Of a DNA stretch of 64,000 bases, positions 25,002 to 34,009 are shown one piece after another (within the stretch, counting starts at the first letter, position 1; the number at the start of each line of letters is the position of its first letter). The translations under genes were made by a program, and so were the position numbers. Source of the stretch: an uncultured Verrucomicrobiae bacterium. Lineage in GTDB: Bacteria > Verrucomicrobiota > Verrucomicrobiia > Palsa-1439. Under the pieces are notes generated by a model. It made no database searches and had not been told where the DNA came from. It worked only from the letters and a program-made list of their open reading frames with translations. The DNA is taken from positions 401,772-465,771 of the forward strand of contig CAWFPN010000003.1 in assembly GCA_963817685.1 (NCBI GenBank), read 5' to 3'.

Positions 25002-27026
25002 ATGGCCATGGCCGGCAGCCGTAACATGCGGGAAACAGCGCGTTATCCGTCACGGCGGTCCGTCGCCGCCGTGGTTGTTTTGTTGTTGTCGGCCGTTCTC
25101 CTGTTGTGGCCGTCACGCGGGGCGGCGGTGAATGTGTTGACGCAGCACAACGACAATTTCCGCACGGGCGCCAACCTCAACGAGTACGTGCTGACCACCT
25201 CCAACGTGAACACGGGCCAGTTCGGCAAACTGTTCGCGCGCCCCGTGGACGGCCAGATCTTCGCGCAGCCGCTCTATGTCCACAACGTGACCATCTCCAA
25301 CCAGACCCGCAACGTCATCTACGTCTGCACCGAGAGCAACAGCGTCTACGCCTTTGACGCCGATCATCCAGCCGCGTCCAACGCGCTGTGGCGGACCGGC
25401 CTGGGCGCCCCGGTCCCCGCGTCCGCCGTGGGGGGTTGCCCCTTCATCAGCCCCGAGATCGGCATCACGTCCACGCCCGTGATCAATCCGTCCAATAACA
25501 CCCTCTACGTCGAAACCAAGACCGTGCAGGGCACGAACTATGTCCAAAGCCTGCACGCACTGGACATCACCACCGGCCTGGAGAAGTTCGGCGGGCCCGT
25601 CGTCATCCAGGGGTCCGTACCGGGCACGGGCGACGGAGGCACGACGGTCGTCTTCAACGCCTTCACCCAGGTCAATCGCCCGGGACTGCTGCTGTTGAGC
25701 AACGTCGTCTACGTCGCCTTCGGATCGCACTGCGACTTCTACCAGTATCACGGCTGGTTGTTCGGCTACAACGCGACGAACCTCCAACAGGTCGCCATTT
25801 ACAATACCACGCCCAACGGCAGCGAGGGCGCGATCTGGTCCTGCGGCATGGGACCGGCCGCCGACAGCAACGGCAACATTTACGTGATGACCGGCAACGG
25901 CACGTTCGACAAGAACACCGGCGGCCCTGATCTGGGCGATTCCTTCATCAAGTTCAGCACGTCCAACGGCACGCTGGCCGTCGCCGACTGGTTCACCCCG
26001 TACAACCAGGGCACGCTCGACTCGCAGGACCTGGATCTCGGCTCGGGCGGGGCGGTGGTTCTGCCCGGCACGAGTTTCCTCGTCGGCGTCGGCAAGACAG
26101 GCCCGATGTACCTGCTCAACGAGGACCATCTCGGCGGGTTCTCCAGCGCAGGCAGCGACACCAATGTCGCCGAGGAATTCATGGCCGGTGTGTCCACCTG
26201 CTGCATTGGGCAAAACCCGGTTTACTGGAACGGGCCGGCCAATCAATTCATCTTCCAGTGGAGCGGCGATATCCCGCTCAAGGCCTTTTCGTTCAATGGC
26301 TCCTCGATCCAGAGCAATGCGGTGGCCACCGGCGCCACGACGCAAAGTTCCAGCACGGGCGGGACGTCGCTCTCGGCGAAAGGAAACACCGCCGGCAGCG
26401 GCATCGTTTGGGGCACCGAGTCCGGCAACGGCGGCACGCTGCACGCCTACGACGCCACCAACGTGGCCGACGAACTTTGGAACAGCCAGCAAAACGCCGC
26501 CCGGGACGCGCTGTCCTCGTTCGTGAAGTTCTGCGCGCCCACCATTGTGAACGGAAAGGTCTACGTCGCCACCTCGAACCAACTCGTCGTGTACACTTTG
26601 CTCGCTGCCCCCTACCAGCTCTGGCGGCAGCAAAACTTCTCCAGCGCCCAACTGACCAATGCCACTGTCAGCGGCGATACCGCCAGCCCCGCCGGCGACG
26701 GCATCGCCAATCTCACCAAATACGCCTTCAACCTCAAACCGTTTGTCCCTGTCACCGGCGGCCTGCCCGTGGACAGTCTGCAAACGATCGGCGGCACCCA
26801 CTATCTATCGATCACCTTCAACCAAGTCCTCTTCGCCACGGACATTTCCTACATCGTCCAGGTCTCCGGCGACATGGCCACCTGGAACTCAGGGCCCGGT
26901 TACACGGCCCCTGTCGGTACGCCCATCGACAATGGCGACGGCACCGAGACGGTCACCGTCCAGGATGTTGTCCCCGTCAGCGCCGCCAACTCCAGGTTCA
27001 TCCGGGTCCAAATCAACGGCCCCTAA
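25002..27026 (+). CDS. Tat-signal secreted beta-propeller protein, paralog 3. Its C-terminal domain is nearly identical to that of paralog 1.
   Basis: MAMAGSRNMRETARYPSRRSVAAVVVLLLSAVLLLWPSRGAA... C-terminus ...DGIANLTKYAFNLKPFVPVTGGLPVDSLQTIGGTHYLSITFNQVLFATDISYIVQVSGDMATWNSGP...ANSRFIRVQINGP. Confidence 0.65.
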   Translation: MAMAGSRNMRETARYPSRRSVAAVVVLLLSAVLLLWPSRGAAVNVLTQHNDNFRTGANLNEYVLTTSNVNTGQFGKLFARPVDGQIFAQPLYVHNVTISNQTRNVIYVCTESNSVYAFDADHPAASNALWRTGLGAPVPASAVGGCPFISPEIGITSTPVINPSNNTLYVETKTVQGTNYVQSLHALDITTGLEKFGGPVVIQGSVPGTGDGGTTVVFNAFTQVNRPGLLLLSNVVYVAFGSHCDFYQYHGWLFGYNATNLQQVAIYNTTPNGSEGAIWSCGMGPAADSNGNIYVMTGNGTFDKNTGGPDLGDSFIKFSTSNGTLAVADWFTPYNQGTLDSQDLDLGSGGAVVLPGTSFLVGVGKTGPMYLLNEDHLGGFSSAGSDTNVAEEFMAGVSTCCIGQNPVYWNGPANQFIFQWSGDIPLKAFSFNGSSIQSNAVATGATTQSSSTGGTSLSAKGNTAGSGIVWGTESGNGGTLHAYDATNVADELWNSQQNAARDALSSFVKFCAPTIVNGKVYVATSNQLVVYTLLAAPYQLWRQQNFSSAQLTNATVSGDTASPAGDGIANLTKYAFNLKPFVPVTGGLPVDSLQTIGGTHYLSITFNQVLFATDISYIVQVSGDMATWNSGPGYTAPVGTPIDNGDGTETVTVQDVVPVSAANSRFIRVQINGP

Positions 27027-27053
27027 GCCGTTCCGAAGCCGCGGCGGGCGACG

Positions 27054-27815
27054 TCATCGCCAGTGGCCTGCAAACCATACGCCGCCGTAGCCCCGGCGCT
27101 CCCAGCGTCCGGAAACCCAGATCGCTCCCCGGTATGGCGGCCGCGCCCAGCGTCCCGACACCCAGACCCATCGCCCGCCGTACCAGGCCCATGAGCCTTC
27201 AACCCAAAAGTAATCAGGCCCGGGCGACGCGTAGACAACTTCGTTCACCGGCGGCGGAGGCGGCGGCCCGTCGACCTCAACGGCTTCGTTGTAATTGGCG
27301 GGAGGCGGAGGTGGAGGCGATGACGCGTACTGGCCCGGGGTGTTGATCATGAAGTCGATGACCCGCTCGCTGACGCCACCGTCCTTAAGATCGATGATCT
27401 CCGCCGTGCTCAGGCGATAGACCGTGCGCGAATTGCGGATCTGGCTGACGATGACGTCGTCGCTGACCCCGGCCCTGGCGAGCGCTTTGATGTCCGCCAA
27501 GCCGAGCGGCTGGCCCTGGTCAACCCTCTGCAGGGTCTGCGGATACTCCCGTGCCAGCCTCTCACGCTGTTGCTGGTCGATGGAGTTGCCAACGATCGCG
27601 CCCGTCAACGCGCCGATCGCCCCGCCAATCAGCGCGCCCGCGCCGGCATTGTGAGAGGCGCTCCCGATGATCGCGCCCGCGCCCGCGCCGATGGCGCCTC
27701 CGGTCAGCGCGCCGGTGGCGGTGTTGTCAGGCCTGCCCGAAGGTGTCTCGCATCCCATCAGCAGCAGACCCGCGCTCAAAATCGTCAACCCAATGATCCG
27801 ATGATTTGTGCTCAT
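27054..27815 (-). CDS. Lipoprotein with a glycine-zipper region, a poly-Pro linker and a C-terminal Trp/Gly/Arg-rich repeat domain.
   Basis: MSTNHRIIGLTILSAGLLLMGC (lipobox LMGC). GAIGAGAGAIIGSA...GALIGGAIGALTGAIVG glycine zipper. C-terminal WVEGSWAWYGGRWVWVSGRWARPPYRGAIWVSGRWERRGYGGVW. Confidence 0.55.
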   Translation of the reverse strand: MSTNHRIIGLTILSAGLLLMGCETPSGRPDNTATGALTGGAIGAGAGAIIGSASHNAGAGALIGGAIGALTGAIVGNSIDQQQRERLAREYPQTLQRVDQGQPLGLADIKALARAGVSDDVIVSQIRNSRTVYRLSTAEIIDLKDGGVSERVIDFMINTPGQYASSPPPPPPANYNEAVEVDGPPPPPPVNEVVYASPGPDYFWVEGSWAWYGGRWVWVSGRWARPPYRGAIWVSGRWERRGYGGVWFAGHWR

Positions 27816-27937
27816 GTTGTCTCTCCCTACTGGCTTAGACGCATCAACCCCCGTGAGCGTTACAAAGGGCTGCTTCATTACAGATAACATGTTGATGTTT
27901 AATAAGTTGCGCGATAGGGCGCCTCCGGCGGATGAGG

Positions 27938-28855
27938 CTAGCTGAGCAGAATGAATCCGCGGCGCAGAAGCGCGAGCAGGCAGGTGTAGGCTTCCAGGTC
28001 CGTGCCGGGGAAATGGTCCACCACGGCCTCCAATGTATGGTAGTGCATCGCCAACTGGAAAATCTGGATCTCTTCGGTCGCCAGCTCGCGCAGGTTGCTC
28101 TGCGCGGAAGGCGCCGCGGTCAATTGCGACGCCGGCAGCGGGATCTTGCCTTCCAACAGGCGCATCTCGTCGAGATAACGCATGCCCTCAAGCACCAGCG
28201 AGGTGGTCGAGCCGGTGATTTCCTCCGACACCGTGCGCTCCTCCGCCGGGCCGAGTTCGAATGTCCCGGTCGTCCAGGCGAACATGCGGAACAACGCCTT
28301 GTAAGGGCGCACCGCCAGGTTGCCGTCGATGGTCGCGTAATAAATCTGTCCGTTGCGCAGGAAGATTTTGCCGACGGCCTGGCCGGAACGAATGGTCAAC
28401 ACGCCGCTCTTGGTCGGGTCGGCCAGCAGTTGCAACAAGTCGGGCAGTTTCACCTGCTGGATGGAACCGGACATTGACGCGGGCACCTGCGTGGCAGCCT
28501 GCCGGGGTGCTTCGTGCGAGTGCATGTTCTTCGGCGGCGTGATCAGGCGCGTCTCGCTGAAGGACGACAGTTTGAGCGTCGAGGAGCCAATGACGATTTC
28601 GTCCCCCATCCGCAGGTCCACGGGGGCCGTCAGCCGCTGGCCGTTGACGAACGTGCCGTTGCGCGAACCGAGGTCCTGGATGACGATTTTGCCGCCGCGC
28701 GTGGAAATCTTGGCGTGTTTGCGGGACACCTTCTCGTCCATCAACAGCAAGTCCACGTCGCTGACGCGGCCCACCACGATGTCCAGGTTGCCCGGCAGCG
28801 GGAACTCCCTGCCCTGGTCCTTGCCCGCCACAAAAGAGAGAATGTATTCCAGCAT
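27938..28855 (-). CDS. FHA-domain protein with a C-terminal DUF4388-like domain.
   Basis: N-terminal FHA (GR.SDVDLLLMDEKVSRKHAKI...IQDLGSRNGTFVNGQRL). C-terminal region begins LPDLLQLLADPTKSGVLTI... (DUF4388-like). Confidence 0.6.
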   Translation of the reverse strand: MLEYILSFVAGKDQGREFPLPGNLDIVVGRVSDVDLLLMDEKVSRKHAKISTRGGKIVIQDLGSRNGTFVNGQRLTAPVDLRMGDEIVIGSSTLKLSSFSETRLITPPKNMHSHEAPRQAATQVPASMSGSIQQVKLPDLLQLLADPTKSGVLTIRSGQAVGKIFLRNGQIYYATIDGNLAVRPYKALFRMFAWTTGTFELGPAEERTVSEEITGSTTSLVLEGMRYLDEMRLLEGKIPLPASQLTAAPSAQSNLRELATEEIQIFQLAMHYHTLEAVVDHFPGTDLEAYTCLLALLRRGFILLS

Positions 28856-28965
28856 GCTTGTCCGGTTCTAGCCGCGCGCTTCCTTGTCGCGCGCCCGAAT
28901 ACTACAGGGTGCCTCCGTCACGGTCAAGGTGACGCGAGATAAACCGCGCGATTGGCCGGTCCGCT

Positions 28966-30123
28966 TCAATGCAGCACCGGGGCAATCAGCAGGCCGATGG
29001 CGTAGGTGATCATCGCTTCGCCCAGGCCCACTACCGTCATCTCCGTCCCGCTCTTCAGCCACGAACGGCCCGTGACGATCACCTTCGACGCGCCCACCGC
29101 GAAATGCGCCGCCGTGCTGACGACGAACGACGCGATCAACGCCGGCTTGCCGGTCATGACAAAGAACGGAATGATCGGGATGAACGCCCCCAGCCCCGTG
29201 CTGGCCATCGCGCTGAACGCCGAGACCAGCGGATTCGGAAACGCCCGGTCCGACAACCCGAGTTCCTCATGGGCCAGCGTCTTCAACAGCTGTTCGGGTT
29301 GCTCCGCCAGGCGGGCGGCCAGCAGCTTCGCTTCCTCGGGCGAAAACCCCTTCAACTGATAGAACAATTCCATCTCCTCGCACTCTTCCTCGGGCGAGAC
29401 CTCGATCTCGTGGCGTTCGTGCTCGACTTCCGATTCGTAAATCTCGCGCTCGGACTTCGTCGCCAGATACGCCCCGCTGCCCATCGACAGCGCCGAGGCA
29501 ATCGCCGTGGCGATGCCGCCGAGCAACACGAATTTCGCGTCCACGTTCGTCGCGCCGGCCACGCCGCTGACCACGCCGAAGGCCGCGCCCAGGCCGTCGT
29601 TGACGCCGTAAATCGCCTGGCCGATCCAGCCGCCGCCGCGCACGTGCCAGCGTTCCGCGCCGAGGATCTTGTTGAGCTTGCGCTGGGCGGGCGGGGCGGC
29701 GTTTTCGGTCATCTCGCTGAGCACCCGGCTGTGCGCCTTCTCCTCGCGCTGCGCGTCGAGGATTTGCGTGCGGACTTCCTCGCTCGGGGCGACCCGGGCC
29801 AGCTCGTCGTACATCGCGTCGGCGTCATTTTCCGCCGCCTCGAGTTTCGTCACCGCCGTGTCCGTGCCGTTTTGCACCAGCACCCAGCGCCGCATCTTCT
29901 CGAGGGCCGATTCCGCGTACTCCCCCGGTTCCACCCCGAGTTCGCGCAACCGGACCGCCCAATTGGCCGCGTGTTTGTCCTCCGCTTCCGCCAGCCGCAA
30001 CAGAATCGCGCGCCGGTCGGCGTTGCGCTCGCCTTCGGCCAGCGCCCGGTAGGTGCGCGCGCTGCCCATCTCATCGCGCCAGGCCTGCTGCAATCCACTG
30101 ATTAATTTGTCGCGTTCCGTCAT
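28966..30123 (-). CDS. VIT1/CCC1-family Fe/Mn transporter with an N-terminal ferritin-like (rubrerythrin-like) domain.
   Basis: MTERDKLISGLQQAWRDEMGSARTYRALAE... ferritin-like four-helix-bundle signature, followed by a membrane domain ...GQAIYGVNDGLGAAFGVVSGVAGA... typical of VIT1. Confidence 0.65.
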   Translation of the reverse strand: MTERDKLISGLQQAWRDEMGSARTYRALAEGERNADRRAILLRLAEAEDKHAANWAVRLRELGVEPGEYAESALEKMRRWVLVQNGTDTAVTKLEAAENDADAMYDELARVAPSEEVRTQILDAQREEKAHSRVLSEMTENAAPPAQRKLNKILGAERWHVRGGGWIGQAIYGVNDGLGAAFGVVSGVAGATNVDAKFVLLGGIATAIASALSMGSGAYLATKSEREIYESEVEHERHEIEVSPEEECEEMELFYQLKGFSPEEAKLLAARLAEQPEQLLKTLAHEELGLSDRAFPNPLVSAFSAMASTGLGAFIPIIPFFVMTGKPALIASFVVSTAAHFAVGASKVIVTGRSWLKSGTEMTVVGLGEAMITYAIGLLIAPVLH

Positions 30124-30180
30124 GCTGGCTGCAAACGTTAACAAGAAACCGGCCGATGCGCAATGCAACCCGATGATTGG

Positions 30181-30260
30181 TAGTGGGTCGGTTTGTTGTA
30201 GTGGCGTCCGTCCCGGACGCTTTTGTCAGCCCCGCCGCCGGGACGGCGGCCGCTACAACC
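30181..30260. repeat. REP/MITE family A copy.
   Basis: TTGTAGTGGCGTCCGTCCCGGACGCTTTTGTCAGCCCCGCCGCCGGGACGGCGGCCGCTACAAC. Confidence 0.7.
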
Positions 30261-30320
30261 CGCCAGCCGTCATTGGCTGTTTTTGACCACTCGGCGGTCA
30301 TGTTTGGAAAATTTATGGTT

Positions 30321-30370
30321 GGACTAGGTTTGACTAGGTGCGACTAGGTCGGACTAGGTTTGACCAGGCC
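30321..30370. repeat. Five tandem 10-bp direct repeats (NGACTAGGTN), helically phased.
   Basis: GGACTAGGTT TGACTAGGTG CGACTAGGTC GGACTAGGTT TGACCAGGCC, located ~200 bp upstream of the VIT1/ferritin-like gene start. Confidence 0.7.
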
Positions 30371-30686
30371 GGTTTTGTCCGACCTTCCCGCCGCCGTCGC
30401 CTGCCATTTTGTCACTGACATCGCCTTTCCGAGTTGCCGTTGCCTAAAGACAACTCATGCGCCGCTGTCCGGGCCGTCCCTGCCCACACAGCGCTATGCC
30501 ACATTCATAATCTATTTTGAGAACGTTGTCAACGGCGATGTGGTCGGGGCTGAACCCAGCAAGCGCGGCTACAGAGGGAGGCGACGGGTCACGCCGTAAA
30601 GCCCTGCTGCGCCTTTGCGTCCTCCGCGCTTCGAAGCGTCTTTGAAACCGCTTGACAGCGGGTAGCATTATGCTACCTTGATACAC

Positions 30687-31139
30687 ATGAGTCAGCCCGT
30701 GAAATTGTCGGATGAGTTGGTGCTGGATGCCCGGTTGGCGGCAGACGCTCTTGAGCGCTCGCTGGCCAAGCAGGTGGAACTTTGGGCCAAACTTGGCCGG
30801 GCGGTTGAACTGGCGCTGGACATTCCAAACGTGATCGCGCTTCGACGAGCCGGCACGGCCCGGCCGTTGTCCGAGTGTCTTGAATCGGTGGATTCGCCTG
30901 AAGGTCATCAACGTTTCCATGATCTTATGGCGAGTGAGCCCTGGCCCCATTATGAAGCGCATCCGAAAAGGCGGGGTCTTCTCATTCGGATTGACGCAAC
31001 GGGGAAGCGCACCGTTGGACGGTTCGTCAACCGGGAATTTCGACAGGTTGCAGCGCAACCACGCGTCCGGCTTTCTGTGAATGCAGGCAAAGCAACCGAA
31101 CGACCTTCGGTTCGCAAACGGGCTGTTTCAACTTCCTGA
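30687..31139 (+). CDS. ParD-like antitoxin (PF11903-like), partner of the downstream zeta toxin.
   Basis: MSQPVKLSDELVLDARLAADALERSLAKQVELWAKLGRAVE... is typical of the ParD-like antitoxin family found upstream of zeta-toxin/AAA-like toxins. The ATG at 30687 is preferred over the TTG at 30678. Confidence 0.55.
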   Translation: MSQPVKLSDELVLDARLAADALERSLAKQVELWAKLGRAVELALDIPNVIALRRAGTARPLSECLESVDSPEGHQRFHDLMASEPWPHYEAHPKRRGLLIRIDATGKRTVGRFVNREFRQVAAQPRVRLSVNAGKATERPSVRKRAVSTS

Positions 31140-31160
31140 AGAAACGGTTGCGGCGCCAGA

Positions 31161-31739
31161 ATGGATCTCCCCTTGGATCGCCGACCGCTGATCGTGGCCG
31201 TGGCGGGCCCAAACGGCGCCGGGAAGACGACGTTTTGTCGCTTCTATCTCAAGGACGCCGCCCTCCCGTTTATCAACCCCGACCGAGTGGCGCATGATTT
31301 CAAACTCGATCCGTATAAGGCCGCGGACTTGGCAGCCAAAATGAGACGCACCATGGTTGAGGAGCGGGAGAGCTTTGCTTTTGAGACGGTCTTTTCTGAT
31401 CCTGTGGGCGACAAGTTGGGATTCCTGACGGAGGCGGCGGATTCGGGTTACAATGTCGTTCTTTGCTTTATTGGAATTTCGAGCCCGGAAGTCTCCGAGC
31501 AACGCGTCGCGATGCGTGTAACGCAAGGCGGACACGACGTGCCCGCTGACAAGTTGATTTCCCGATTCCCCAGAACCTTGGCGAACCTGAAACAGGCAAT
31601 TCAGACGCTTCCGCGCGTCTGGATTTTTGACAACGACAACACCGGCAAGCCATTCCGTCTGGTTGCCGTTTATGAAAACGGCGCGATGACGGTTCGAAAC
31701 GAGCCGGTTCCGGCTTGGCTCGCCCCTCTATTACCGTAA
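31161..31739 (+). CDS. Zeta-toxin-family P-loop kinase (type II toxin).
   Basis: Walker A AVAGPNGAGKTTF. Zeta_toxin-like core (...FINPDRVAHDF...ERESFAFETVFS...GYNVVLCFIG...). 192 aa. Confidence 0.65.
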   Translation: MDLPLDRRPLIVAVAGPNGAGKTTFCRFYLKDAALPFINPDRVAHDFKLDPYKAADLAAKMRRTMVEERESFAFETVFSDPVGDKLGFLTEAADSGYNVVLCFIGISSPEVSEQRVAMRVTQGGHDVPADKLISRFPRTLANLKQAIQTLPRVWIFDNDNTGKPFRLVAVYENGAMTVRNEPVPAWLAPLLP

Positions 31740-31855
31740 AGACCGTCTTGGCGGATTTACGGAAGCGTATGCGGACGACTTTGTTGCGGTTGGCGGCGCA
31801 GGAGACAATCTCAGCCGGCGGGATTTGATGTCGAGCCGTTCCGCCATGAATCCGG

Positions 31856-32890
31856 TCAGCTCTTGCGGCGGCGGAGGAAGGCGGCGCCCAAGAATGCAAA
31901 GGCGACCAGGGCGATCGCGGATGGCTCGGGAATCAGGGCCAGGCCCGCCGGGGTCAGGTTCCAGCCGATCACATCGAGGGCCTCCAGTTCGTTGGGGCCC
32001 AGGTTTGGTTCGGCCTCGGAGCTGGTGCCGCCGAAGGCGTCCTGGACTTGCGGCGGGGTGTTCCCCTGCCCGTCCGCCGGTGTGACGCCGTCTCCCCAAT
32101 CAGCGAAATCCCCGTCGGGGCTCTGGTTGAAATGCACCAGGGGCGTTTTGCCGCCATCGATGGAGAAATAGGACACCGTGTTCGCGTCGTTGGTGTAACT
32201 CCGGATGCCCAGGCCGCTGTAACGGAAGAGATCCAGCGCGCCAACCGAGGTTGCGAGACCGCCCGCGTTTGTTGAAATCCTCGAACCCGTCCCACCGATG
32301 CCGAGGACTTCGTCGATCTCATGCATGGCCACGGAGACCAGGTCGTACTTGTTGGTATCCTGCAGGCCGCTGCGGGAGAGATTCATGAGCCCCATGTTCA
32401 GCGAGATGGTGCTGTCGAAATTGGTCCCGTTGTCCGCGATGGCTGTTTCCCCGAGAGCCCGGAGGACGGAGTCGGCGAGGTGGACATTCGCGTTGGCGTT
32501 CACCGGGTTATTCGGCCCGGCGGGAAGCGTGGCGAGGGCGGTGGTGTCATACGACGAGAGTGTCTGGTTGTTCTGGAGATCGGAGAGATATTGGGAGTAA
32601 GGCAGATCGTCCTGGATGGTCTGGCTTTGACCGAGACCGGTGTTGATGCTCTCGAAATCGATGGTGACGGTGATGGGATTGGCGATGTAGCTGTCGATAA
32701 TCGAGATGTCCGAGTTGATCGTGGACTCGATGGTCGCGGCGTTCGGATCGCTTGTGATCGAGGTGCCAAAGGTCGGGTCGATCGTCAGGTTGGCATTTGC
32801 CGATACGCAGCAGACGGCAAGAATCGACAGACATGCGAGCAGCCTGAGTGCGGCGGTCATATTCCCCAACGTACCCTGAAATCGTTTCAT
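31856..32890 (-). CDS. PEP-CTERM sorting-domain secreted protein.
   Basis: N-terminal signal peptide. C-terminal ...LALIPEPSAIALVAFAFLGAAFLRRRKS (PEP motif, TM helix, basic tail). Confidence 0.75.
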   Translation of the reverse strand: MKRFQGTLGNMTAALRLLACLSILAVCCVSANANLTIDPTFGTSITSDPNAATIESTINSDISIIDSYIANPITVTIDFESINTGLGQSQTIQDDLPYSQYLSDLQNNQTLSSYDTTALATLPAGPNNPVNANANVHLADSVLRALGETAIADNGTNFDSTISLNMGLMNLSRSGLQDTNKYDLVSVAMHEIDEVLGIGGTGSRISTNAGGLATSVGALDLFRYSGLGIRSYTNDANTVSYFSIDGGKTPLVHFNQSPDGDFADWGDGVTPADGQGNTPPQVQDAFGGTSSEAEPNLGPNELEALDVIGWNLTPAGLALIPEPSAIALVAFAFLGAAFLRRRKS

Positions 32891-33087
32891 ATCCTGCCCT
32901 TTCGCCCGAAACTTATTTTGGCCTGCGTAGCTTGCAGGCCATATTTTTCTTGCCTCACCGAGGAATTCAGAGTGCCAGAGTCCCGGTACGGTAGCAAGCG
33001 GTTTATTGTGACAACTGTCGATGGGGCGGCGTTTGCGAAGGCCGGGTGGGTTTTGCTAGAATCCGGCCAAGGAAGGAGCGACATTCC

Positions 33088-33561
33088 ATGCAAAAAATCA
33101 CCCCGTGCTTGTGGTTCGACGGCAAGGCCGAGGAGGCGATGAAGTTTTATACCTCCATTATCAAGAATTCAAAGGTGGGGACAGTGACCCGGTACGGGGA
33201 CGCGGGACCCGGGGCGAAGGGCACGGTCTTGACCGCGACGTTCGAGTTGGACGGGCAAGAATTCATGGCGTTAAACGGCGGGCCACAGTTTACCTTTTCG
33301 CCGGCCATCTCGTTCATTGTGAATTGCGAGACGCAGGAAGAAATCGATGCGCTGTGGGACAAGCTCTGCGAGGGCGGCGAACCCGTCGAATGCGGCTGGC
33401 TGAAAGACAAATTCGGCGTTTCCTGGCAGATCGTTCCCCGGGTGTTGGCCGAGATGATGCGAGACAAGGATCCCGCGAAAACGGATCGGGTCATGAAGGC
33501 CATTTTTCAAATGGTAAAACTGGATATCAAACGCCTGAAAGAAGCCTACGAGCAACCATAG
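33088..33561 (+). CDS. VOC-family protein (PhnB-like, glyoxalase/bleomycin-resistance fold).
   Basis: MQKITPCLWFDGKAEEAMKFYTSIIKNSKV...GTVLTATFELDGQEFMALNGGP... typical 3-demethylubiquinone-9 3-methyltransferase-like VOC domain. Confidence 0.65.
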   Translation: MQKITPCLWFDGKAEEAMKFYTSIIKNSKVGTVTRYGDAGPGAKGTVLTATFELDGQEFMALNGGPQFTFSPAISFIVNCETQEEIDALWDKLCEGGEPVECGWLKDKFGVSWQIVPRVLAEMMRDKDPAKTDRVMKAIFQMVKLDIKRLKEAYEQP

Positions 33562-33721
33562 GGCGCTGCGGGGTGACAGCGGCGCGCTCAGCGAGCGCGC
33601 CCTACCAACGACTAGAACGCCGGGTCAGGCCTTCGCCCGCCGAAGCGGGCTATGGCCTGCGAAGGCGGGTGACCCGGCCTACAACGGAAATCCTGCCCAT
33701 CTGTGTTCATCTGTGGCTCCA

Positions 33722-34009
33722 TCACAGCCTCGCCTGCGCTTGTTTCGCGGTAATGCCGGTGATGCGGACGACCTTGTTGCGGTTGCTGGCGCCGGAAATG
33801 ATTTCCACCTGCCTGCGTTTGACGCCGAGCCAGTCGGCGAGGACTTCAATGATTGCGTCATTGGCGCGGCCGTCTTCGGGCGGGGCGGTGACGCACACTT
33901 TCAGGGCGTCGCCCGTCACGCCGGCTACCGCGTTGCGTTTGGCGCGGGGAGCGGCGCGGACGGGGAATGTAATCCCGCCGACGCCGGTTGTGATGCGCAA
34001 CTCGCTCAC
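33722..34009 (-). CDS. DUF167 (YggU/UPF0235) family protein.
   Basis: GTG start. VSELRITTGVGGITFPVRAAPRAKRNAVAGVTGDALKVCVTAPPEDGRANDAIIEVLADWLGVKRRQVEIISGASNRNKVVRI matches the DUF167 consensus. The longer ORF-track N-terminal extension is rejected. Confidence 0.6.
   Translation of the reverse strand: MSELRITTGVGGITFPVRAAPRAKRNAVAGVTGDALKVCVTAPPEDGRANDAIIEVLADWLGVKRRQVEIISGASNRNKVVRITGITAKQAQARL

Noticed and set aside
20937-26801. Long minus-strand ORFs (20937..21995, 23173..24309, 25113..26801)
   Set aside because: Antisense to the three beta-propeller paralogs.
20214-27026. Calling the propeller paralogs PQQ-dependent dehydrogenases
   Set aside because: Only the repeat pattern (A.DA.TG..LW) is visible. 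No catalytic or PQQ-binding residues could be verified, so the neutral call of beta-propeller repeat protein is kept.
31856-32890. HExxH zinc-metalloprotease motif in the PEP-CTERM protein (VAMHEIDEVLG)
   Set aside because: The motif is HEIDE with no second His at +4 and no downstream Glu or His ligand pattern I can verify. It is annotated only as a PEP-CTERM protein.
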